Shown: positions 10,936-19,758, counted from the first letter of the stretch. The stretch is DNA of 64,000 nt from Candidatus Iainarchaeum sp. (GCA_037441475.1 JBBISB010000001.1:71272-135271); one strand, 5' to 3'. The notes: generated by a model from the letters alone, not told the origin. A program made the numbers and translations.

Positions 10936-11439
10936 ATGAAAGAAGTAATCATTATTGCTGCAGTTTCTAAAAATAATGTAATAGGTAAAGATAACAAGAT
11001 ACCTTGGTATATTAAAGAAGATTTTCTTCATTTTAAGGAGCTTACAACAGGGCATCCTATAATCATGGGTAAAAATACTTACCTTTCTTTACCTAAACGA
11101 CCACTTCCTAATAGAACAAATATTGTTTTAACCTTTAAAGAAGATGATTTTAATGAAAAAAATATTTTTATTAAACATTCTTTAGAGGATGCTATTTATT
11201 TTGGACATAGTATTAATGAAAGAATATATATCATTGGTGGAGCATCCATTTACAAACAATCTATTGAAATTGCAACAAAATTAGAAATTACAAGAATTGA
11301 TCAAGAGTATCAGTGAGATACATTCTTTCCTGAAATTGATTTAGATGTTTGGAAAGTTATTAAAGAAGAAAAACATGAGTGGTATTCTTTTTTAACCTAC
11401 ATTAGAAAGTTAAATTATTATGGATGTCAAAATTATTAA
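10936..11439 (+). pseudogene. folA: Dihydrofolate reductase with an in-frame TGA
   Basis: DHFR motifs are present (IGKDNKIPW, IIMGKNTY, IIGGASIY). TGA at 11314-11316 lies where E. coli DHFR has Gly121 (EVEGDTHFP versus EYQ*DTFFP). The frame stays open to a TAA at 11437-11439, giving a normal DHFR length. Confidence 0.8.
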
Positions 11440-12127
11440 AAAAGAAATAGATTCTTACTTTAATAAAGAAAGAAGCCTTCACTCCAAAAGATTCTTTAAG
11501 ACTGGTAAGGGAGAGTATGGAGAAGGGGATGTCTTTCTTGGTTTATCTGTTCCTTTACAGAGAAGTATTGCTAAAAAATATTTTAAAGAAATTAAAATCA
11601 CTGACTTGAACGTCCTTATCACTTCAAAAGTTCATGAACATAGACAGGTTGCTTTATTTTTATTGGTTTATAGATTTGATATTGAAAGTAATCTTGGACA
11701 AAAAGAAATATTTGATTATTATGTTAAAAATATTGAATATGTAAACAACTGGGACTTAGTGGACTCTTCTGCTCCAAACATTATTGGAAGATATCTTTTT
11801 GAAAATCCTTCTAAAAGAGATGTACTTTACAAGTGGGTTAAATCAGAGAAGCTTTTTATTAGAAGGATCTCTATTATAGCTACTTTTTATTTTATTAAAA
11901 ATAACTATTTTTCTGATAGTTTAAAAATATCAAAAATTCTTTTGAAAGATAAGGAAGACTTAATCCATAAAGCAGTTGGATGGATGCTTAGAGAGATTGG
12001 AAATAGGGATCTACAAGAAGAAACTAAATTCTTAGATAAACATGTAAAGGAAATGCCAAGGACAATGCTTAGGTATGCTATTGAAAAGTTTGAAGAGGAA
12101 AAAAAATTAAAATATCTTAAAGCTTAG
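11420..12127 (+). CDS. DNA alkylation repair protein (AlkD-like HEAT-repeat family)
   Basis: 235 aa with the motifs RFFKTGKGEYGEGDVFLG, VNNWDLVD and KAVGWMLREIG, typical of the DNA_alkylation family. Confidence 0.7.
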   Translation: MDVKIIKKEIDSYFNKERSLHSKRFFKTGKGEYGEGDVFLGLSVPLQRSIAKKYFKEIKITDLNVLITSKVHEHRQVALFLLVYRFDIESNLGQKEIFDYYVKNIEYVNNWDLVDSSAPNIIGRYLFENPSKRDVLYKWVKSEKLFIRRISIIATFYFIKNNYFSDSLKISKILLKDKEDLIHKAVGWMLREIGNRDLQEETKFLDKHVKEMPRTMLRYAIEKFEEEKKLKYLKA

Positions 12128-12558
12128 ATTCTTGAAGCTACCCAGAAAGTTAAAAATCCTAAAAAAGCAAATAAAAAGTAAAATGGGCTTAAAAGAAATA
12201 ATGGAGCTGAAAGATAGATTCCTGTTGTTAAGGATTTGTATATTGAAGGACTTGTGGTTAAAAAGACTAAGACAAAGATACATCCTATTATTATTAAAGG
12301 CACTAATAACAATTTAGTGAGTATAAAGACTATAATTGCAGCTATAAACAGAAGTATTGATATGTTTTTTTGATGCTTGTTGATCATATTATCTTCATTA
12401 GATATATCTGGTAAAAATAAATAGATTATAAAGATCCCAGCAACAATTATTAAAGGAATACTAGATAGTTTAGTAAAATCTACAAATAAGATATATACTA
12501 AATAGAAAACTAATAACCCTAATAAAATTCTAACTTCTTGTTTCATAAATATAACCAA
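12124..12558 (-). CDS. Membrane protein
   Basis: 144-aa ORF, almost entirely hydrophobic helices. Confidence 0.45.
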   Translation of the reverse strand: MVIFMKQEVRILLGLLVFYLVYILFVDFTKLSSIPLIIVAGIFIIYLFLPDISNEDNMINKHQKNISILLFIAAIIVFILTKLLLVPLIIIGCIFVLVFLTTSPSIYKSLTTGIYLSAPLFLLSPFYFLFAFLGFLTFWVASRI

Positions 12559-12620
12559 ATATAGTTTGTATAACTATATTAGGTTAAAAAATGTTTATAA
12601 ACATTACTTTTTCTTATAAA

Positions 12621-13412
12621 TTACCTATGTGCTTTCTTTTTATGTTTTATCATAGATAAAGGTATAATTTTCTTAGAAGTTGTTGGTTTTATTAAACTTT
12701 TAATCTCAGGCATGCATTCTTTAGGTACATTTTTAAAATCTATTTTTGAGAGAGGAACTTTTAAATCTATAAACCTTTTTAAATAATTTTCAAAAGCATA
12801 TCTTTTATATTCTTTTTCAGAAGCTGTGTTGTATTTTGGGGGCATTTCTAAAACATAGTTAATTTTTTTACTTTCAGAGTATTTTTGGATGAAGGTAATT
12901 ACTTTAGACATCCAATCTTGATTTAGTTTTGATGAAAGTCTTTGTAAATCGTTTCTTTTACCTTTAACTCCTTGCATATACTTTAACCTAAGAGTAGGAT
13001 CGCTTTTTTCAAAACTGAATAGAAAATTAAAATTAGCTATTATTTCATTTTTATAAAAAATATCGTACTGAGTGCCGTTATAAAACTCATGAGGAGAAGT
13101 GTAATTAGATTTTTTAATTTTAAAATCTTTTCTAAAAGAAATTTCTTTGAATTTATTTCTAAAATTAAGATTATAGTCAATAGATTTAATTATTTTATTA
13201 AAGGATAAATCTTTTGGAAGTAAGATTAATATCTTTAGGGCATTTTCAAGTTCAAGAGAATTATGGTATTTTTTTAAAATATATTCTTTTTGTTTAGTGG
13301 TTATTGATCTAAATGAATCTTTAGAGTAAGTATTAAAGAATAAATAGATTGCTTCATTTTCTTTAATATGTGGACCTAAGTCATTTAAGAATAATTCTAA
13401 ATTTATTGTCAT
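12621..13412 (-). CDS. Hypothetical protein
   Basis: 263-aa uninterrupted ORF with no recognisable motif. Confidence 0.45.
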   Translation of the reverse strand: MTINLELFLNDLGPHIKENEAIYLFFNTYSKDSFRSITTKQKEYILKKYHNSLELENALKILILLPKDLSFNKIIKSIDYNLNFRNKFKEISFRKDFKIKKSNYTSPHEFYNGTQYDIFYKNEIIANFNFLFSFEKSDPTLRLKYMQGVKGKRNDLQRLSSKLNQDWMSKVITFIQKYSESKKINYVLEMPPKYNTASEKEYKRYAFENYLKRFIDLKVPLSKIDFKNVPKECMPEIKSLIKPTTSKKIIPLSMIKHKKKAHR

Positions 13413-13493
13413 ATATGTAAAATTTAAAGATAAACTGTTTTTTAAAAGTATCTGTTAATTAAATATTTATTAAGATATAAATTAGATACATTT

Positions 13494-14392
13494 ATGGTTG
13501 TAAGAAAAAATTTATCAATTCCTCGTAAAATTAACTCTTCTACTGTTAGATTTAAGAGTTATGAACATGTTTTAGAAGAAAAAACAAAACATCAAATAAA
13601 GTTAATTTTAAATTAAATTAGTAAAAAACCTAATAGAAGGTTTGATTTTAATATTTTAAGCGAGCATAAGGTTGTTGAAAGATTATATTTAGATAAAAAT
13701 TCAACTAATTGGAGAAGGAAAGATTGGTTTTATTTACAATGGTTTCTTAAAATTAAAAGATTCTCCTCAAAAAAAAGAGAGTTGCTATTAAGTTTTTTAA
13801 GTTAAGTTATGATAATGATACTATTAATATTTATAAAAGTGTTATTAAAAAACTAGAAACTTTTAAGTATCCTTCTGGAAAAAATATTTTTCCAAAAACT
13901 GCTTTTTTAAGAGTGGGTTTATTAGATAATCATAAACCTATTTGGGTACAAGTTTCTTCTGCATTTATTAATAGAGTTGGGCCTACGACTGTTTCTAAAT
14001 TTAAAAGAAATAATGCTTTTAATTATTCTAAAGAAGCAATTAAGGAAGTTGAATATATTTATAGAAAAATAATTGATATGGGTTATAGTCCTTATGATTT
14101 GGTTGCTCAATTAAAGGGTAAAAATGAAGTTATTCCAATTGATATTGATATGATTGTACATCAGTTTATAGGCAGAGGTAATAAACTAATTACACGTAAA
14201 AAAGATAAAATTAAAGATTTACTTATTTCTTTTGGAAAATTATCTTATGGTATGGGTCAAGGAGCTCCTGTTGTTTCTGAAAAGATATTTATTGAGCTTT
14301 GTCAGACACTTTTACAAAATAAGAAAGAATGGACAAAAGAAATCCAAGAAGCTATTTCTAATGCGCGTAATTATGCTAATATTAATTTATAA
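13494..14392 (+). pseudogene. Hypothetical gene, disrupted by an in-frame TAA and a frameshift
   Basis: ATG at 13494. A TAA at 13614-13616 interrupts the frame and the same frame resumes. There is then a frame change between about 13760 and 13800 (A8 run 13769-13776) into the track ORF 13913..14392. The coding-like sequence is continuous across all three pieces. Confidence 0.5.
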
Positions 14393-14627
14393 TTTAAATT
14401 TTATAATTTTTTTAATTATTTTTAATTTTTTGTTTAGTTATATTTATTGGACAGTGTTTTTAGCTAAAAATTTTACTGGCTTAAAAAATTATTATTTATT
14501 AAATAATATACTATTTAAATATAATCTTATTTAAATAATATAATAAATACCTTTAAAAACCTTTTCTACTAAATATTAATAAAAATTTAAATTGTTTTTT
14601 CGGTATAAGATAAATAAGGTGGAATAA

Positions 14628-14858
14628 ATGGGTGTAATTACAATATCTTTAGATAAAGAATCTGAAAGACTTTTAAGAGAATCAGCAAAGATGCACTATG
14701 GTAATAGAAAGGATGCTTTAAGTAAAACTATTATAAAAGCTTTAAATAATTTAGAAAATAGTAGGGATAATCTTAAGAAAAATATGATTGAAAGACTTAA
14801 AAATCCTATAAAAACTAGGTTAAAAAGTATAAAAAATAGGGACGAATATTATAAGTAG
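14628..14858 (+). CDS. Ribbon-helix-helix antitoxin (VapB-like)
   Basis: 76-aa ORF with SD AAGGTGGA upstream. The N-terminal beta-strand/helix pattern (GVITISLDKESERLLRESA) fits an RHH fold. It abuts the PIN gene. Confidence 0.55.
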   Translation: MGVITISLDKESERLLRESAKMHYGNRKDALSKTIIKALNNLENSRDNLKKNMIERLKNPIKTRLKSIKNRDEYYK

Positions 14859-15284
14859 GTGACTAAAATGGATGATAAAATATTGATCGATACTAGTATT
14901 ATTATTAATGCTTATTTTTTATTAAATAAAAAACATAATGAGAAAGCTGTAGAAATTATTGAAAAGTATGCTAATAAAGATAATAACTACATAACATTAC
15001 AAACAATCACTGAATATATAAATATTTGCAAAAACAAATTTAAATTAAATAAAAAAGAAATAGAACAACAAGTTATTGAGCTTAAGACTTTATTTAAAGT
15101 TATAAGTTACTCTGAAAAAACCTTACTAAATGCTATTGATTTAGGTTATTCTAAAAAGATGTTATTTTTTGATGCTTTGCTAGCTCAAACAATGCTTGAT
15201 AATAATATAAAAGTGATTTATACTGAGGATAAAGAAGTATTTAAGAAGATTAAGGGATTAAAGGTTGTAAACCCTTTTAAATAA
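14859..15284 (+). CDS. vapC: PIN-domain toxin (VapC-like)
   Basis: The conserved acidic positions are present: ILIDTS, TITEY, FFDALLAQ, YTEDKE. The start is GTG at 14859 or ATG at 14868. Confidence 0.75.
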   Translation: MTKMDDKILIDTSIIINAYFLLNKKHNEKAVEIIEKYANKDNNYITLQTITEYINICKNKFKLNKKEIEQQVIELKTLFKVISYSEKTLLNAIDLGYSKKMLFFDALLAQTMLDNNIKVIYTEDKEVFKKIKGLKVVNPFK

Positions 15285-16221
15285 ATCCCCTTGTTTAATT
15301 ATGTATACTCTTAAACATGGTTGTGGTGTTTATTATTTAGTTTGTTGAAGAGACAATATTTTATCAATAATTAAATTTTGTTTTACTTTTGAAAATCACT
15401 TTAACACAAATATTCGCTAAATCTTGGACAATTGTTTTTTTAAATTGACTTAAACATAACTATATATTTTATTTTTTAAAAAATCAATTTTCCTTTACGT
15501 TGAAAAAATTATTTAAACTATTTTTCTTCTTTTTAACCAAAAAAAGATCTAATTTCCTAAAAATAACTTGTTTTAAGGAAAATCGCGCTTAAACCCCTAA
15601 AAAAACCTGTTTATAGGTCAATTACCCTATGCCTTTTGACCTCTGTTTTTAATGCTTTTTTAGCTTAGATCCAAATCTTCTAAAAAATGTAAAAAAACAC
15701 TAAAAAAAGCACATTTATAGCCATAAAATTCGGCATAAGGGGTATTATGCCGATGAATAACTGAGGCGAAAATAAGCCGAAAATCTGTAGAAATTTTTTT
15801 AATAATTTTTTACCTCTTTTTTTAGTTATGTATAGTAACTTAAATTTTCTTTACAAATTTATGAAAAAAATGTTTTGCTCTTATTTTCATCTCTCATAAA
15901 TATTATTTCGAAAGTTAAATTACTATTTTTCATAACTATTTTTTACTGCATTTATTTCTTTCACTAACACTTGACTATACATAACTAATCTCTTGTCTAT
16001 TAAATTAAATTTGCCCAAGCAAACAATTCAGTATATTATGTATGTTAATTTCATTTATCATCCATCAAACCTCCTTTTTTAAAAAAATTACTTAATAGTA
16101 GATATATGTCTTATAAGCCTATATCTCTTTTCAAGCAGAGGGCGCCTGGCCGAGAAAACAAAAAATATTATAAAGAGAATGCTAGTATATTAAATATAAA
16201 CTAAATATAGGGAAAATTAAT
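15285..16221. other. 937-bp ORF-free region with inverted repeats, hairpins and a GC island
   Basis: No ORF of 60 aa or more in any frame. My own translations of all frames show dense stop codons. See the findings for details. Confidence 0.8.
15822..15988. repeat. Perfect 15-bp inverted repeat pair (TTAGTTATGTATAGT / ACTATACATAACTAA) enclosing 137 bp
   Basis: 15822-15836 is the exact reverse complement of 15974-15988. Degenerate copies lie at 15295-15309 (13/15 identical) and 16032-16046 (10/15). Confidence 0.9.
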
Positions 16222-16799
16222 ATGAGATTAATAATCACAAGACATGGAGAAACTGTAGAAAACACTAAAGGAATAATGCAAGAACATCTGCCTGGCAAAC
16301 TTACTGAAAAAGGGATATCTCAGGCAAAAGAGATTGGCAATAAATTAAGGAATCAAAAAATAGATCTTTTCTTTTCAAGTGATCTTAAAAGAGCAAAAGA
16401 TACCATTAAAGAAATCTATAAATATCATTTAAAAAAACCTTTAATATATACAGAAGAACTTAGAGAAAAAATTTAGGTGAACTTACAGGAAAAACAAAAA
16501 AAGAATTTAAATGGTCTTTAAAAAGTTATTATTTTGTAATATATGAAAATAAAGAAGGAGAAAAAAATAAAGATTTTTTAAAGAGAGCTAAAAACTTTAT
16601 TGACTATCTTTATAATAATTTTTCAGATAAAACAATATTAATAACTTGTGACAATGGCATAGGCAGAGCAATTATATCTTATATAACAAATAAAGACTAT
16701 AATTCTAAAATTACCTCTTTTGATAACTCTAAAATATTTGTTTATGATATCTTAAAGATTAATAAAAAAATAGTATCCAAAAGAAAACAATTAAAATAA
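16222..16799 (+). pseudogene. Histidine phosphatase (phosphoglycerate mutase family), frameshifted
   Basis: The catalytic motif ITRHGETVEN is present. The frame is lost at the A6 run 16466-16471. One extra A would give ..ELREKNLGELTGKTKKEF.., continuing to a TAA at 16797-16799. Confidence 0.8.
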
Positions 16800-16988
16800 T
16801 GTCCAATAAATATAGAACATTATTTTATCCAATATTTCTTTATAGAATAAATTATAAAGAAAAGTAAAGTAGAGTATAATAATAAAGAAATAATAATTAA
16901 ATGTAGGTAAAGAAACTATTTATGATTAATATAGCATATAAGAAAATAAATATAAAATAACTAAACCATTTTTTATGTTTATTTACTT

Positions 16989-17111
16989 TTACTTTTTTAC
17001 CTTATTCTTTAACACATTAGAATCTTCTAATAATAAAAATCCTAAAAATATTAATATAGCATAAACTATAACAAATAAAATATATGTGATTGTAATACTA
17101 ATAATTATCAT
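16989..17111 (-). CDS. Possible 40-aa single-TM peptide downstream of the secretion ATPase
   Basis: ATG at 17111. The product is MIIISITITYILFVIVYAILIFLGFLLLEDSNVLKNKVKK. It is below the ORF-track size cutoff and has no SD. Confidence 0.2.
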   Translation of the reverse strand: MIIISITITYILFVIVYAILIFLGFLLLEDSNVLKNKVKK

Positions 17112-17160
17112 CTATATATAAATACAAATTATTTATAAACATATCTTTTTTTACTAACAA

Positions 17161-18543
17161 TTATTTATGTAATATTGTCTTATAACTAAACCTACTATCT
17201 GTTAAAATACTTCTTATCTGGTCAGGGTCATTTATATTTCTTTCAATCATTGTTTTTAAAACCTTTATTCTTTCTTCAATAACAATCTGTAATTCAAATT
17301 TAGATATTGATATATAGTTACATAATTTTTCTAAAAAGTAAGATCCCATAAAGTTTAATTTAGCATTAGAGTCCATATTTTCATTATTATAAATATGGTT
17401 TATAGTAATATTACCCATTCTTGAAATTTCAGAAATTTGAGAAACATACCTATACATTTTATTACCAATTATTTTTTTATCAAAAGTAATTATAACATCT
17501 AAAAGTTTAATATAACTTTCCTCTATATTCATTGGATTTGAAGTAAGTTTATTTACCAAATCAGAACTGTTGTTTGCATGTATAGTAGAAATACATCCTT
17601 GATGTCCAGTATCCATTGCCATAAATAAGGCCTTAGCCTCTTTACCCCTAGTTTCTCCAATAATAATTCTATCAGGCCTCATTCTTAAGATGTTTAAAGT
17701 AATATTATAAAGACTATCAGGGTCAGCAATATTGCTTACAAGACTAACTGAGTTTTCAAAAATAGTAAAATCCATTTCTTTGGTGTCTTCCACCCCAATT
17801 ACCCTTACTTTAGGTGATATGAAATGAAGTAAAACATTTAACAGTGTTGTTTTACCTGTACTTGTACCTCCACAAATAAAAACATTTGCTGGTTTGATGC
17901 CAAAACCATCTACAATAGTCCATAAATAAGCTGCAACTTCATAATTAACCGTGTTATTATTTATTAAATCAAGGACTGTTAAAGGAGTTTTAAGATATTT
18001 TCTGATGGTAATTACATTAAACCTTGAAACATCTTTTGAAACAATGTTTATTCTTGAGTTATCAGGCAAGATTCCATCAATAAAATCTCTTTTTTTAAAA
18101 TCACCATTAACTGTTTTTTTAACATACTCAAAAAAGATATTAAAGCTGTTTTTTTCAAAAGTAATATTTGTTTTATAATACACATTTTTTCTTGATATAA
18201 CAAAAACCTTATTATAATCATTAATCATTACTTCTTCATAATCATCACTATTCATAATTGGGGCTATTTCTTTGTACCCAATAAGATAATCAACAAGATA
18301 GTTTGAAAATTCTTCTTTTAGATATTCTTTTAAAAAAAATTTAGTTGCAAGGATAATATCTTCAGTTGAAATAACACTATGATCTATATTTTTTATTTCT
18401 GCAAATACTTTTTTTTTATCATTATCAGATAAATTGTCTTTAAAATAAGGATTAAGATCACTTAACTCTAAACTTTTTAAAATGACTTTATAGACTATTT
18501 CACTATATTCTTTGTTTTCGTAATTAAACTCTATTTCATCCAT
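17161..18543 (-). CDS. Type II/IV secretion-system ATPase (FlaI/VirB11/TadA-like)
   Basis: 460 aa with Walker A GGTSTGKTTLLNVLL, Walker B/Asp box RPDRIIIGETRG and His box GHQGCISTIHANN. Confidence 0.85.
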   Translation of the reverse strand: MDEIEFNYENKEYSEIVYKVILKSLELSDLNPYFKDNLSDNDKKKVFAEIKNIDHSVISTEDIILATKFFLKEYLKEEFSNYLVDYLIGYKEIAPIMNSDDYEEVMINDYNKVFVISRKNVYYKTNITFEKNSFNIFFEYVKKTVNGDFKKRDFIDGILPDNSRINIVSKDVSRFNVITIRKYLKTPLTVLDLINNNTVNYEVAAYLWTIVDGFGIKPANVFICGGTSTGKTTLLNVLLHFISPKVRVIGVEDTKEMDFTIFENSVSLVSNIADPDSLYNITLNILRMRPDRIIIGETRGKEAKALFMAMDTGHQGCISTIHANNSSDLVNKLTSNPMNIEESYIKLLDVIITFDKKIIGNKMYRYVSQISEISRMGNITINHIYNNENMDSNAKLNFMGSYFLEKLCNYISISKFELQIVIEERIKVLKTMIERNINDPDQIRSILTDSRFSYKTILHK

Positions 18544-18684
18544 ATCTAAAACCTAAATTTAATAGAAATATATAAGACAGATAAATATATAAACTCTATT
18601 TTATTTTTTATCTAAATTTTATACCTTTCTTTTATAAATTATATAATAATTATGTTTATAAACTTAATTAAATATAAGATAAAT

Positions 18685-19739
18685 ATGGAAATTAAGCTTT
18701 TTGATATTAAAAAAGAGATAGATGGTCTATCACCTGCTCTTTTTTCTTGTAAAAATATAATCTCCACTAATTTAAAGTTTTTAAAGGTAAGTAGAAAAGA
18801 ACATCAATGTTTATTTTAAGGTTAATAAAAATTAAAGTTTTTAAAGATAAGTAGAAAGAACATCAATGTTTATTTTAAGGTTAATAAAAAAGAGTATCTT
18901 TTTAGAGTAAATCTCAATGGTTATAATAACTGCTCATCTAAACACTCAAAAAAAGAGTATGATGCCCTTAAGATTTTAAATAAATTTACCTCTGGTAATG
19001 TTCCAAAAGAAGTTTATTTTTCAAGAAAAGGAAAATTTTTTCTTGTTCATATATCATTATAACTTACCTTAAAGGCAAAGCAACTGTACTTAATAAAAAT
19101 AACATTAAGGTTATAGCTAAAAAAATTGCACTTATAAACAAAACAGAATTATCTTTTTTAGATAGATTCTCTGTCTATAAACAGAACTTTAATGATCTTA
19201 GAAATGAGTTTATTAGAAAAGAAGAGTATATTGGTCATAGACATCCAGAACTTTCAAAGCTGTTAAAAAGTATACGTTTAAACATAGAAAAAGATAAGCC
19301 TAAAGATATAAACAAAGATCTTTATTTAGTACATGGAGACTTAACTTTAGGAAACATTATCTCAGATGGTAAAAATATTAATTTAATTGATTGGGAATAT
19401 TTTAGATTAGCAAGTCCTTTACTTGATATTACAAAGTTATCCCATTCTAATAATTTTGTTAAATATCAAAAAGAGTTTTTCAAAGAATACAGAAGGTACT
19501 TTAAAAAAATTGATAATATCTATGAAAAATATTTTTTCTATAGAAACTACCAGATATACCTTTGTTTAATGTCAAGTACTAAATATTACTTTGAGATTAT
19601 CTTTGAAAATTATAAATATACCTTTAATAAGAATAAGAAAGATATTGTTAAAGACATTATAAAAAACTATCAATATCTTTATAAGAAAAAATATGCAGTT
19701 GTTCCTCTTTTTAATTTTAAAAAAATACTACACATCTAA
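18685..19739 (+). pseudogene. Aminoglycoside/choline-kinase-like phosphotransferase, multiply disrupted
   Basis: The kinase catalytic loop LVHGDLTLGNII and LIDWEYF are recovered only by joining 3 frames. Stops follow 18685..18822, and there is a further shift near 19060-19070. The gene contains a 60-bp tandem duplication. Confidence 0.7.
18773..18891 (+). repeat. 60-bp tandem duplication (2 copies, 2 differences) inside the kinase pseudogene
   Basis: 18773-18832 and 18833-18891 differ by one G/A substitution and a 1-nt A deletion. Confidence 0.9.
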
Positions 19740-19758
19740 TTTTTGGTTTTTAAAAAAA

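Noticed and set aside
11314-11316. Alternative genetic code, either TGA read as Gly as in code 25 or TAA read as a sense codon. This was suggested by the TGA at the DHFR Gly121 position and by four in-frame TAA codons.
   Set aside because: All three stop codons terminate well-conserved genes at homolog-like lengths in this window. TGA ends tmk and the ArsR-like gene. TAA ends glyA, the AI-2E transporter, S7 and many others. TAG ends the U32 peptidase, the AlkD-like gene and the KaiC-like gene. Only five in-frame stops were seen, and four of the five affected genes also carry frameshifts. Pseudogenisation or sequencing error is the simpler explanation.
15750-15790. C/D-box sRNA, suggested by GATGAA followed by CTGA (CCGATGAATAACTGAGG).
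   Set aside because: The box-like elements are only 4 nt apart. There is no second C'/D' pair at guide-length spacing, and there are no terminal pairing stems.
15285-16221. Replication origin (ORB-like inverted repeats flanking an AT-rich unwinding element).
   Set aside because: The genes on both sides converge on the region instead of diverging from it. No orc1/cdc6 gene is adjacent, and the repeats do not resemble the ORB/mini-ORB sequences I know. A terminus/dif, MITE or integration-scar reading fits better, though none is proven.
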